64,000 nucleotides of DNA, from contig MU006099.1 in NCBI GenBank assembly GCA_010093705.1, positions 248,001 to 312,000 on the forward strand, given 5' to 3'. The position numbers and the translations under genes were made by a program. This document shows, piece after piece, positions 12,544 through 25,826 of the stretch (positions are counted from its first letter, which is position 1; every line of letters starts with the position of its first letter). The notes beneath the pieces were generated by a model. The model saw only the letters and a list, made by a program, of their open reading frames with translations, was not told where the DNA came from and ran no database searches. This stretch comes from Patellaria atrata CBS 101060. Its lineage: Eukaryota.

Positions 12544-14596
12544 TTACGTCCCTACATCGGCCGTTCCAATTTTCCTTTTTACCTCCATTTCCATTTTTAT
12601 ACCCGTTGTTGTTTCCTGATGCTCGTCACTGAGTGCTTGCTTTACGATGAAGGGGCTCGCAATACAACCAATAGCCGCAACGCATGTATATAAGATCCAC
12701 ATATTCCTCAGACTCCATGCAAATGCTTCTTTGACGGCCATTTTGTGTGCAGGACCAGATATGTTCCTCACTAACATCACATTCGCCGCAGCATCGCCTC
12801 CAGAGAGTTCATGAGTGATGTTCGACGGTACACCAGCAGCTTCAAGCTTAGGAACCTGGATGTTCATGCTATTTTGGAAGACAACGCCACCTATCACAAT
12901 CGAAAGCGATGTTGAGAGATTACGAACGAAACCTAAGGTAGCTGTAGCTGCGGCACAATCATCTTGAGAGACCAGTGCTTGAAGAGCGATCAGCGGAGGC
13001 TCAAAAAGCATTCCAGCACCGATTCCAGCTATTAGTTGAAATCCAACGATTTCAGCAATGCTTGTCGTTGCGTTGAAATGGATATATAGTCCATTCCCGA
13101 TAGTAAGTAGTATCATGCCAATCCAAATAAGCTCGAAATAACGTCCGGTCCTATGGATTAATAGTCCTACCGTGATCCCCATCAATGCCTCTGTTATAGT
13201 AATGGGCAAAATTAATACACCCGATCGTAGCGGGGAAGCTTCCTTGACTGATTGGAAGTATAGAGGTAAGTAATACTCTCCAGCGATGAATACCTTTCGT
13301 TTCATTAGTTTACATGTTATTCAGAGAATGAAAATTGGCACTTACGAAGCCCTGCGCAGAGCAAACGAGTAGACTCGCAACATTAGATCTATGATGAAAT
13401 AGTCTCAAAGGCATAAGTGGAAACCTAGCCAGTTTCTTCTCACTGTAGATGAAGAATATAGACATCAGCGCGCCGATGACCACTAGGCAAATCACCTTAG
13501 GCGAATCCCATGGGAATGTGACGCCTCCGAAGTTGAGTCCAATCAAAAGCATCAGCATGAAAGCAAGGATTGATATGCTTCCAAACCAATCGATAGCCTT
13601 GATGCCTTCTTTGACCTTTGTGCGTGGATTATGCACATCTAGAAAGAATAGGAGTAGCAAGAATGTGGAACCGGATACGGGAAGGTTTATCCAGAAACTC
13701 CACCGCCAGGAAACTAGTTCTGTAAAAGCGCCGCCTAGGATGGGCCCAATACCACCTGCGAGTGCCCACATCATTTCTAATAATCCTAAGTAGAGACTTC
13801 GACTTCTGCATGCATTCGATCATTAGCATTGAGCTAGGTATAAAAGGGCCGCCTGATGCTCCCCAAACTCAGAGAGCAACATCCAAGTAGAAGCACTTTC
13901 TACGTACCTCATACTAAACAGATCACTAAGAACGATATTAACCAGCTGGATCAATCCTCCACCAGCCGCACCCTGCAAAGAACGCCCCACAATCAACATA
14001 CGCATAGATTTGGCTGTCGCGCATATGATCGAACTCGCAAAAAAGGTAGCTACCGCGGACAGCAGAATAGGTTTGCGACCCCAGATGTCAGAAAGCTTGG
14101 CCCAAATTGGTGCCGCAGCCGCATTGGCGAGCAAGTACGCTCCACCGATCCAGGTGTACCCCGATGCGGAGTGCAGTTGTGCGGATATAGTGGGAATAGC
14201 GGTGGCGACGATGGTTTGATCTAGAGCTGCTACGAAGAGGGAAAGCTGATGAGTAGTCAGAGGGTCAGATGATCGGAGGATCAAAAGGTCAGATGGTACT
14301 GTAGTACTCATGATAAGAAAATGAGGGGCAGGGGAGGGCTCAAATTATCATTGGAGGAGTCATACGAAGAGTGCTGTGAGGATAGCAAGCATGCGGAATT
14401 TGCTGCGTTCCTTTGGCCGTTCCGTGGGGGTTCCTCCCTCCCCTAAGGGGATCATTTCGATCTCAGTTGCTCCAATTCCCGTGATATCTGCCATTGGAAC
14501 GGTTATAGATTGATAGGCGGGAGCAGCTTCAGAAGTGATGGGGGCATCACAGCTATTCGCTTTGGAAATACCGATATCATCTTGAGAATTACCCAT
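12544..14596 (-). CDS. MFS drug:H+ antiporter (DHA2/14-TMS type), introns 14246-14365, 13806-13907, 13294-13345
   Basis: Motifs FVAALDQTIVATAIP, KLSDIWGRK, GRSLQGAAGGG, GPILGGAFTE..SWRWSFWINLP and IDWFG. All three introns restore the frame. Confidence 0.93.
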
Positions 14597-14667
14597 TCTT
14601 GGGTTGGTGAGAAGGACGAGTAAGATAGTTCTAGATATTTTCGATATACCTAAGAATGCTCTCACGT

Positions 14668-14681
14668 ATATATATATATAT
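14668..14681. repeat. Short (TA)n microsatellite upstream of the MFS gene
   Basis: TATATATATATATA. Confidence 0.8.
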
Positions 14682-15542
14682 ACAATGTTGTGATTAAATT
14701 GTGATTAAAAAAGAAAAAAACAAGCACGTGTAGAACTAATGCAGTTATTAAGGGCGTTTAGCTTTACCTAAAAGGGAATAATAATTGGAAACTTGACTTT
14801 CTAAAACTAACTGCATCAATGATAGAGAGAATTAATCATAGAAACTCGGTTGGCCATAACTCTAAAACGACCTCATAGGGATTGGAACTTAGCAACTCCT
14901 GCTTTACATCCATATCTTGATAACTTTGCACTGACGGACGATAGACGATAGGAAGTACAAACATGAACTGGTACCGTGATATTGGTTGCTCAAGAAATCA
15001 AACGATGCAAACATAAATCATGTGCGCATCATCCTTACGAAGAAAAGTCGAAGAATATTCTAGCCAAGACGCCCAGGTCACCCCTGTCCATGTCGAGCAA
15101 AACTTCCCGAAAGTTGGGCTTCGACAACACAAGTGAATGAAAGAAACACCATGATTTCACTTCGCGCAAACATATATGCTCCTTCCAACCATCACCTTGA
15201 TACGCTCATTATTCTGAAAGATTATAAGAGCTTTTGTCTCACATGTCTTTCAAAAGTCAAACCTCAGCCGTTTGTAATTTTCGTGACGCGTTTAACCTTT
15301 GGCACGCGACAGAAGTCACTTCGTGCGAATTGGTGAATTGATTTTTTAACCACAGTCTTCATTCTTCACCATTTCTGCAGTGGTTAACAGTCGAGTGATC
15401 GCAAACGAGTCATACGTCTCTTGACTCGTTTCTACATCAACGTAAGTTCCAATGGCTTCGCTATCTTACCAGTTTCTTGCATCTGCCGTTCTATTTCCTT
15501 AATTCTCAATCGCGCCCGTCATTCGCTTTCTATGCCGCGACA

Positions 15543-16771
15543 ATGAGCAACAAGTACTTCAATTGTAGACCACGTCATCAGACACGGAGCGTATACCCTC
15601 CGTGCAATGCATACAATGGTCCATTAGATAGATTCTTCTTTGTTGCGCCAACAATGATCACCCAAGCGAACCATGACCCTAACTGGGCCCTATCAGAACA
15701 GCAGATTCAACAAGCCGCCAGGTTAGACAGATTAGAGCCATCAATCGAAATTCCAGAGCACGACGCCGAGTCCGTAGATACCTGCTCAACAACTCCAAAG
15801 GCTTCTACGACCAGGCCTTCCACTCGTGAGACAACCCCAGAGGGACTCATCTCGAGATCCATCCGATCATCCAGGTCCCGCACATCAGGCCCGCTGTCTT
15901 CGCAAACTTCCTTCAGCTCGTCCAGCTCGCTGCCTTACAGCTCATTTCCATACAGCGAGAATTCGGAAACGACCGTGAGCTTCCAGCGACAATCTAACTT
16001 CCAGCCAGCCCCTAATCCATTGTTGCGCCGACGCGAACCATTGTTGCCTCGTCGCGAACGGAGAGTTGGCTATACGACGATGTTGAACTCCAAGAAGTTG
16101 ACAGAGCTGCTCACTGAGAATGAACATCCACAGTTCTATCCCCGCATGTTGTAAGTAAGATTCAGCTTTTATCCTATCACTTGTCTAATCCTTAAAGCAT
16201 CATGTCGCCCAATGGAACGTTGATCGCGTACCGTAAGCAAGCGGACGTGAAAATGCTTCGTGACCAGGCAGCATTGATCTCCCTAGCGTGGAAAGAGGAG
16301 GATATGAAGCTTAAGATGGAGCATTCGGAAGCCACTACTGAACAGGAACCGACGAACGAACCGGTACTTCAAACCCTCACGATCGAGTCTGAGAATAACA
16401 ACATACTCGTCCGCGCAATTCAACCAAATCTCCTTCTTGTCGTCATTGGTGGTGTCCCGCCCAGTCGTAAGGTCGGATTCAAAATCACTCCCGAAACCGT
16501 TGGTGGACAACGTTATCCTTCCCCGGCTCTCCCAGATAACGTCAGTACTCCGAGCCCAGAGCGAGTTCCCCCACAAGGAGGCTCCCCTAGAGGAGGCTAT
16601 TCAGCAAGTACATCCAGCCCAAAGGCGGCTAGTGTCATGAGTGATAGGGAGAAAGACATGAAGCTCGGTCTTCTTCATATTCAGCGTAAGAAGTTGGATG
16701 CAATCTCCGACTATATCAAGAATGAGTTTGACAAAGCTCACTTTGTCATGCCAGAGGAATCGTTCCGCTAA
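15543..16771 (+). CDS. Roadblock/LAMTOR2-like protein with Ser-rich N-terminal extension (intron 16151-16197); alternative starts at 15654 or 16080
   Basis: Splicing gives MLNSKKLTELLTEN...RMFIMSPNGTLIAY...AALISLAW...TLTIESENNNILVRAIQPNLLLVVIG...GLLHIQRKKLDAISDYI, which follows the Roadblock alpha/beta pattern. Confidence 0.75.
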
Positions 16772-17636
16772 TTCTTCAACTAACAGCTCCAAGGACTTTC
16801 ACAGCGATTGGGGAAGGTCTTCTCAGGTCTAGGGCGTTATTTCTGGATATCACGCAGACTTCAAGGTTCACGGCGGGTTTCTTTTCAACATTATACCACC
16901 TCTGTTATGGAGTCTTTACCAGGCATCATTGCGAGTTAAGCGGGTTGCATGGCCATGGGTAGACATTTTGTGTTTTCAGACGTGACGCGCTTCTTGTGCT
17001 GACAATGTTCCCTACTCGAGAACCATTGCAATGCGCTTGGAAGTCGTTGATACTTCAGTGCGTGAAGTTTGGATTCTCTCTTGGAATAACTTGAGTACCT
17101 TAATTAAAATGTAAGCATCAAGTTTGCATAACATTGAGGTACCGAGAGCGTGATTCGTGTCCATTGACTAACAAGGTATCCTTTTTGAGTAAAGAGCCGA
17201 GGTCTGGCTGTTTTTGACGGAGCTATGACCGTAGTTCTCGTGATGTCATTATGGGGATCCTCCATTATTACGGAGTACTTCAAAATGACGGGAGCCGCAC
17301 CTGCAGGAACGTTCAAAATACGATTCTACTTCCTCTTGCCCTCACACCTCACTCCGAAACTTCTCCAAATCCCGAATAATCCATCTATCACCGGAAAGCC
17401 GAAGTTGTTGATGTGAGCTGCATCATAATCATCATCATCTCCATCATCCTTCCCTAGTCCCAAAGCAAAAACGGTTTCCCCACGTATCGCTGACGTATCC
17501 TTGTGTCCCTAGATTCGTTCCAACACCAATCACAACAATCCCCCGTCCCGCAAGCCGCGCCCCCCCCCCCTCAACACGACCTGAAGTTCTAGACGATAAA
17601 CGAATCCTTACCTTACTTTATATAATAACATTCACC

Positions 17637-18162
17637 ATGTTCAGGCAACTCTCCAAAACCACCTTCCGCCAAATGGCCTACGTGCACCATCCGCGCGCTA
17701 CTTGTCCTCCTGGCACTAAAATAAGGAGCGTTCGTCGCTTCCACCGTGCACCAGTTGCATATGCACGAAAGGACACCCAACACAAGGACAGCTTGAAGCC
17801 AGATAGGGCCGAATACAGCCAGAGCGGTGGGGACGACGCGGCTGCAAAGACAGAAAAGGCAGCTTTCGATCCCAATCAGACGAGACCTGAGCATGAGGAA
17901 CCGACTGCGAAGCAAGAGAGCGGAGGAACTGATGTGAGCGATGTAAATGTCATATCTCTCACTAAGACCCCAGGTACTAATGATTCCGTAGGCTGGCAAC
18001 CCCCTTAATGTAAGCCCAGGAAACAAGGACGTCAGCGAAGCTCAGCCAGACAAACAACAACAATCACACAGGTCTACAAGTGAGTCAGGACAAGGTTCAA
18101 GCAGAGGGAGAACCAGCGGTTCAGGCGGCGCACCAAAAGCTGGAGGGGGTAAAAGTGGTTAA
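17637..18162 (+). CDS. Small hydrophilic conserved fungal protein, possibly mitochondrial (intron 17934-17991)
   Basis: Arg-rich, acid-free N-terminus, then KDSLKPDRAEYSQSGGDDAAA...AFDP...|AGNPLNVSPGNKDVS; stop TAA at 18160-18162. Confidence 0.8.
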
Positions 18163-19085
18163 GGAGTCTATCGGTAGCAATGCGTTCGACTCTTTATATG
18201 CATTCGAATTGGAGTTCTTGGGTGGTTTTCAGCTTCTGGAGTCGATATATTAGCGTCCTTGACCCTATGTCAGGTTCCACGGGTGGTTTGCGGTCACAAC
18301 ACCAAGCTAGATATACAAAAGCTACATTGTTCGACTCTATTCCCTTTCCCATTCCACTCCCTCATAGCGTCTATGACAGTAGAGCTGAAATGCTCGGATG
18401 GCGACACGTGATTACAAATCACGAGGAGGCGATTAGAAAAAGTTTTGTTGAGCGCATCTAATGATGAGTTTTCCAACCCCTTGTTCTCCTCCCATGTTGT
18501 TTTTCACGTATTTGCTTTGAAATGCGGAGATAGGACAACAATCCTGTCGCCGCCGCCACATTCAACAGCTCACCTCCTCGGAGTGTTACTCCTACGGGGC
18601 TTTTACGCACTTCCGCGGCTGTACTAAAAATTCCCCACGGGCGGTCAGGATAGAATCGCGATAGATACTATTACTGCAAGTGCAACCCAAAGAGTGGAAA
18701 AATCGATATCAGTTCTGATGGTACGAGGTGGAACTTTCAGCTATCGGACTTCCCTCGTCTCCTGCCGATTTCACCGGCCGATCGAGAAATCACATTGATA
18801 TGTGTCGTTGATGAACTGCAGGATCTACGATATAAGCAACAACTCAGCTGTGTTTATTCAATGGATAGCATCGTCTGCAACGAAAGGCTGCATGTCGATG
18901 TATTCAGCCGCTGTACGCTTGCCGTTCCATCCGGTCTAGAGCAGAAGGAAGCAATCCTTTGGGAACAGTAAGTGAGGTTGTCACTATCATTGTATCTGCC
19001 CTGATTGATATTTTGAGTGAGTTTGCAATGTCGCTTTTCTTCTGTTAACGTAAACGGGTCTCTCATTTCAGTGCTCAATGCAGGC

Positions 19086-19120
19086 CAGTTACACGCCTGT
19101 CAGTTACACGCCTGTCAGTT
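19086..19120. repeat. 15-bp tandem duplication (2.3 copies)
   Basis: CAGTTACACGCCTGT twice, followed by CAGTT. Confidence 0.9.
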
Positions 19121-21326
19121 TCGTATCGGTGAATTACACTATCAGTCTCTATCAGCCTCGTAACGTCCCTTTAGCTATTAGACTGAGACGGTAGCACGAT
19201 GTTCTCGAATCCACCGTCATACAATTCTCTCATGTTTCATCGTTAGTGTCTACTGACGTATTTATTTACTGTATTAGCTCATTGAACCCTTCATTTGAGC
19301 ACAAGCTCAGTTACTTTAGTTGCGATGGGTCATTTCTTCATAGTCTTGTCTCCATAGTATAGGCAGTAAACCTTACATTACCTATCGTACGCAGATCCTT
19401 GCGTCAAGAATTCAGTCATGTGAGGGACAACCCCGAAGAGACATGCGGGAACGAATGAAGTACGGCCCTTCTTATCATCATAGCTCTCCACGACGATAGC
19501 AAGGCTGGATAGGATAGTCGGCGTATATCATATACAGCGGGACCCCGAGAGCACGAACCGCTAAGGTGATATATCAGCAGTGTCCAGCCTACTGGAATCT
19601 GCAGTCTGCTTCTAGAGCAGTTCCAACCCAAGGACTAAAGGTAACTCGTAAGGCGGAAAGGAGCAACAGGAGGACGGATGGTCCGTTACGCTTGTTCACA
19701 TAGCCTTTTAGGTGATGCTGGGACCTCCCAGTCAGCTTTTGGATTTTGCACAGCGTGTTTAAGCTACACAACCCGCTCTCCTCGCATTCTCAAGGTATCC
19801 TCGCCTGTTCAAAGGGATGTCGATACTTATAGAGGAAAGCCTTCAATATGATTAGCTTTTTCACTTACTAGATTATTGTATCATAGCTCTCCTGCGTGAC
19901 GCACTGAATATATACATACCATCGTCCGCCGCATACAAAGATAGGGCGAAGGCTTGATAGGGTGCAGTTCCCGAGTTTGTCATAGTCCAGATGGCTGTGC
20001 GCAAAACTGCGCATCACGGGTTTACTCCGTGGTTTCACAGATGAGAATCATGGTAATCCATTACAAAGATTTGGATAGAATGGCTGAAGGCATGGAAACC
20101 GCTTTAGGTTAAATTTTTTTTTAAATTTTTTTTTTTTTTTGACTTCTCAAAGAAATCATAGTAGCTGCACATGTTCAGCCCGGTCGATAGAGCTTCGCTT
20201 TCTACTCTGTACTCGGACGCTTTCAGTAACTATACCTTTACTATAGAGCTCGTAACATCAACCTACGAAGGCTATGTGATGTTAGACAGGGAAGATCTCG
20301 TCTGATGGAAGATGGTGGAGTGTCCCTCAGCAGTTCTAGCTCGTGGGACGGATGAAGTACAGTACGGTAGTACGTGAACGCTGGCATTCGTGCTGCTTTG
20401 AAAACTACGTGCGATGCAGAGCATTGATCACTTAAGGGATCGAAAAGATATTATAAAAATGTTTAGCCCCGGTATTCCACGTTTTTGCCACTCCCCAACA
20501 CCGTTCCGGAGAGTTGACAATCCCGGTCCGCATCGTGCATCAACGATTCGGCTAGATTTTCCTTCGGCCCTCCAGTAGGAGACATCCTTCAAACAGCCTC
20601 ACCACATCTGTAACATCTTCATCCGACTTAACGATATATCATTTGCTCAATATTTCACTACCTTCCCTTTTCTTCATATACTATTCAGGAACCGCAGCGC
20701 GGACCTTGCAGTAATAATCGTTACTAATGGCTGAATCTTCGTCTGACAACGATCGGCCACACCATCATCAACGAAACACGATGATTCCCAGCTGCTGAGT
20801 GCTATTTCTAGCATATATCCCAGCTGTTCACCTGGTACCTCTCTGACCCAAAGGTCTGGTCCGGCAAGAGGTCTAAGATGGTATTTCAGCAATGTACTAT
20901 AGCTCTATCCTCATGGGAGTTGTAATCTCTTTAATGGGGAGAGTCAAACGGTAGGTCCATAGTCCGTACGTCTACGTAACTGGACACTGGCATTAGAACT
21001 CGGTCTCAGTGCTACAACTGCCTTTAACAAAAACGGGATCTGCAGAGCTTCGACCAACATATGTACGTCCGTTCTACTTGTGTTGGTACTTTATAGGCCA
21101 AGGCCATCCGAGTATGGGTAGATGGGGCCGTAAGCCTGTCGTGCACGTCTTCCGAAGTATTCGTGCGGACGCATATGTCCTCGAGGACTCGTACTTCTGC
21201 AGGGCAGGTAGGTTCTTTGTTTCACATATACCTGTCATTTTCTGCTCTTTTCTACAAATTCATTTATTGAATCAAGCCTCCCACTTCTTGGAAAACCTAT
21301 GTGAACCTCTTAGGTAGTCAGGTATC

Positions 21327-23504
21327 ATGTCCGGTCATTCGGGTACAGTTCACAATAGGACGGTGCCTTGGGTACCTTTAGATGACTTCGACTGGTCCTA
21401 TGACCGAAAAGGCCCTCTACCATGGAATATAACGGTTTGGTGAATAGAAGTCTCTTTGAATAAAACGTCTGTAGAACTCCACTGACTATCGTATAGGTCT
21501 TTACTAGCAGCTTTCACCGCAGTTCCCCTATGGATGACCTTGGAATTAACCATATGGTGTCTCTATACTTTCAAAAAATGGTCTGGCTCTTACTTCTGGA
21601 GCGTCCTCTTGTGTACCTGGGGCGTGACCATTCACGCAATTGGGTTTGTTCTTAGGTTCGGTGTAGACGCCGGCTGGATTCTTACTACCACTCTCATAGA
21701 GTCGGGATGGGTACTTATGGTGACTGGATTTGCTTTAGTACTCTATTCCCGTCTACATTTCGTCGTAAAGAATGAGCTATTGCTCACTTTCGTGCTTGCT
21801 ATGATCATCACCGATGGGTTCCTCTTCCACATACCAACAGTCACTTTTGAGTTTCTTGTCGCAAACGACTCAACGCATGCAAAGTACGTACCTTATCTCG
21901 AGACTATGCATCGAGTACAGATTGTTGGGTTTTCAGTCCAAGAAATCTTCATCGGCGGCCTCTATATTTACCAAACTCTCAAGTTCCTGAGAGGCAATTT
22001 GAATCGAGCAATGCGTAGGACCGTGGCCCTCCTTATCATCGTCCAGATTGTCATCATCATCTGCGATGTAGTCGTCACTTCCTTGATCTACCTGGACTAT
22101 TATACCTTAAAAGTCCTTATCCACTCTTTCGCTTACGGATTGAAACTCCATCTCGAATTCGTCATCCTCAACAGCCTGAAGAAGCACATCACCAAGGATG
22201 GCATGACCAGTCGTGGTATGGGGATCCTAGATAGTGGGGAAACAGACCTTACTCGCACCCTTACTCCAGAGACGCCGAGTAGCAAACCCTTACGGAAGAA
22301 ATATTCCTCCTCGTTCTCTACCATGACGGTCACCGCTCCCAATTCTCCGCAGAGCATGAATGAAAAGGGGTCTCCACGTATTCCGCGAAAGTTAACTAAA
22401 AGGTCACGCTCCATCATAGCAGCGAGCGGGCACTTCTCATGGGATCACGATGCGCAGACTCCAGTCCGGACCGTCTCTGCCGCAAGCACTACTCACCGGC
22501 TCCATCCCCGGGCTCGCTCGAGTCATAGTAATCACAGTCATCACGACACGAACATGCACCCCTCTGACACCATCACTTCGAGGACCCAGCTCCCTCATCT
22601 GGAGCCTACAGCATCTCATCTCGTCGACCTCGGCTTGCCGTTCCTCGAGACGCTAGAGAACACGTCACTGAGCCAGGAAGAACCAAAGACGAAAGAGGGA
22701 CCCCTGACCAGCCACCCTGCTGTCTCGCACGTCGATTTCGACGTCGAGAAACAGCTCGGCAGCCCGGGTCCCGTATTCGTGGAACGAACCTCAGCCGAGA
22801 GCCTAGTCGACCCAGACGTCCAACGCCAATACCTTGAAATCGTCCGCTCCAGCGAGCGCATGAGCGGCCAAACCCTCATCCCCCACGGATCCCACGAAAC
22901 AGACACAGTCACTTTATCCGAGATCCTGCACCAGGGTCCTCCAACCGACCCTCCTATACCCTCTCCCCAGCAGCCCAAGACAATAGACCCGAGAACCTCG
23001 ACCCAGCAACCCCCAAACCCGGCAAGGGAATCCGCAATCACCCTCACGGAGATGCTAGCTTCGGATCCACCCACCGCGCCCCCGACTTCCCCGCCGCCCC
23101 CGCCACCACTCATCTCGGCGCGCCAGTATCTCGAAATGCTCCGCGCCCTCGACCACGCTGCTGCCGCTTCCGATCCTTCGTCCCCTGTTTCCCCCTCATC
23201 GCCGACATTACCGGCTCCCACTAAACACACGAGGGCTGTCTCGTTGCCTGCGCAGGCGGTCGCGCGGACGGAAGGTGAAACCACAACAGAGACGGGGGCG
23301 AATGAAGGGGAAACTAAGGACGAGGGTACAGTGGGGGGAGCAACAAATGGGAATAAGGCAGAAAACTCCCGTCGGCCGTCCCGTCCGCTCTCGCTCCTTG
23401 TTGAGGGCACGTTTTCTGCCCGGCCCGACTCGTGGGCTATCGAGAAGCACTTTTTGGGCAATTGGCCGCTTTGTGAACGGGATGGGGGAAATGGTCCTGT
23501 TTAG
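21327..23504 (+). CDS. Fungal integral membrane protein (about 7 TM) with long Pro/Ser-rich cytoplasmic tail (intron 21440-21496)
   Basis: Hydrophobic segments include YFWSVLLCT.G, GWVLMVTGFALVLYSRLH, FSVQEIFIGGLY and YGLKLHLEFVILNSL. The first exon MSGHSG...NITVW splices in frame. Confidence 0.88.
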
Positions 23505-23717
23505 TGGTTCTGTTTGGAAATCTATGTGAAAGGGGGGGTAGGATGGAGGAGGTGGTTTTGTCGGATATATATTATTTGATGTTTTTTTTTTTTTTTTGCA
23601 GGTGGGATTATGGTGTGTTTGGAGTTTCGTTTATACATTATACTTGATGGAGTTTCGAAAGTGGACATTACAGTCTTGGGTTTAAAGTCTATTTGTTAAT
23701 TCTCGTTGGTGGAGTTA

Positions 23718-23738
23718 TGATGGATGGATGGATGGATG
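23718..23738. repeat. (GGAT)n microsatellite
   Basis: GATGGATGGATGGATGGATGG in the convergent intergenic region. Confidence 0.8.
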
Positions 23739-23883
23739 GGTATATGTTATTAGATGTTGTATGATATTTGGTGATGTCGGGATAGAGTTATAGTACCCCT
23801 CACAAAGAACATTTTACACCTTCCATTTCTCATAACAGATCCAACTCGCCTATGGTAATCGAGCTAATACGGCGACATCCAGT

Positions 23884-25052
23884 TTACTCCTTCTCCCTCC
23901 ACCTAATCCCCCACTCCCCCTTCGCAAAACTTGGCTCCACAACCGCAGCATTCATAACAGCCTCACACTTCCTCCTCACCTTCCCACCCTCTTCCTTATA
24001 AACCCCATTCCACACGCTCTCGCGCATCGCCCCGTCAACGACAAACCCAAACACGACACCGCGCCTTGCCGCCCTCTTGACCATCTCCCTCTCCTCCGCT
24101 TTCCGCGCGCCCTCCTCGCGCTTACGCTTGTTCTCCTCCGTCTCGTCCTCGCGCTCCGCGCGACCCTTCTCCCCGCCCACGGACCCGTTGACGTCGGATT
24201 TCTCCTGCGGAGGCCGGATCTTGCCGCCCATGTACGCCGTCGCGTTGTCGACGGTCAGCGCGGCGCGGCGGGGATCGGCATCGAGAGCCTTGGCGGCATC
24301 GCCGTCGGCGGAGGTGGTGTCGGAGAGGGAGTCCTCGCCCGCGGTGAGGGAAGCAGCGGTGAGGTTTGCGTCTTCCTCGTCGGTTTTGTTTTGGGGTTCG
24401 GGTTCGGGTTCGGAGGTGCCGCTGCCGATGATGCGGGACGCTTTGTTTTTCTTGCGGCCGCTGGTTTTGGAGGGGTCGAAGCGCGAGCCGAAGACTACGG
24501 ATTCGACTTCGTCGCAGGTTATTAGGCGGCGGGTGTCGCCTTTGGTTTTTTTGTGGGGTTTGAATTTCTCTTTGGGCTTTGATGTGGGCGGGGCGGTTTG
24601 GGGCGCATTGTCGGTGGAGGGATTGGCGGCGTTAGGGGCTTCCTGCTGTTCTTTGATCCAGGAGGGTTGTTGGCCTTCTAGGAGCGCGACGAATGTCTCT
24701 TCGATGCGGCGGTCGAGGCGGCCGGGTTTCTTGGAGCGGCAACCGCCGGAGCAGTATTTGGGGGGTTGGGTTGAGGAGGCCGCTTCGATTTTGCGGGAAC
24801 CTTGGGGTGGTTAGTACAACGATTTCTATAGAAAGTTTGTGGACGGGAAAGTAGGAGAGTGTGGGATAGGGGAACTCGTTGAAGGTTGAGGTCATTGTTG
24901 GAAAGTGGAAGACAAGATTAGAATAGAGTAAACGAACTTATTAGCCTCCCACAAGTGTGACAGTAAGGTGTTGCTTCGCCTTGGGTGAGGTAGTATGGTG
25001 GAGGGGTTATGGCGTGTTTGGAGGGACGAGACCAGGAGTCCATCCAACTCAT
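23884..25052 (-). CDS. Zn-ribbon (DUF2256-like) plus C-terminal DUF3253-like protein, 343 aa (intron 24801-24937); not captured as one ORF in the track
   Basis: Exon 1 is MSWMDSWSRPSK...YCHTCGRLI. The intron is GTTCGT...CTAAC...AAG. Exon 2 is SRK...KYCSGGCRSKKPGRLDRRIEETFVALL...EMVKRAARRG...VVEPSFAKGEWGIRW. The spliced length is 1032 nt (344 codons). Confidence 0.85.
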
Positions 25053-25826
25053 TTTGAAAGGCTTGGGTGGGAATTGGGATAAGTGTAAGTTCGGTCAGCT
25101 TGAGGAGCTGTTACGAAAGTGTGAGAGTAGTGGTATAGGAATGAAGATGTGAGATGTGGGTGTGGAAAGGGAAAATGTGATGTGCAACTAAACGAAGCTT
25201 CCGTTACGTCATTGGCAGAGAATTCCCCCCGTCTTGAGGATCGTCAAAGGCAGTGTCGAAATGAATCTCGAACCCTTAAGTATTTAGATACTTAATATGA
25301 AGAGAGAAGTTGGAGAACACTCAACAATTGGGGTTCATAGGAACCATTCAGGACATGGCCATATCAAGCTGATTCTCCTTCCCCTCACACATCATACATA
25401 GGGAGGGCTCTCTTAGAGGTTTCGGAATAACTGGCATTGATTTCCAGGGAAAGGACTCAGTAGTAGCACTCCCTCACCCATCTCAAACACGTGAGTGCAT
25501 ATTTTGGCCCATATCCTAAGCTTGAATAGAAGTGCGGAGTGAGGACTGATCATCTTGCTTCTACACCGTAGAACTACCCCGTATGCTCAGTTCATTGTCA
25601 TTCATCTCTCAGTCTCTCTCGGAGTAAAAGATCGACTTGAACACAGACCAAATCAATCTGTCGATTTTGAGCTGTAACTGTGATGAAAGGTATTTCTGCA
25701 TTTGTAGGAAGAGACGGTGAGCTTTCTCACCTTCCTCCACCTCAGGTTTAAGGTACCTTAGTTCCAATAATTTTAGGGTTGGAGAAGAGCGTTGCCAAGG
25801 TACTACTTTTTTTATTTCTTATTTTT

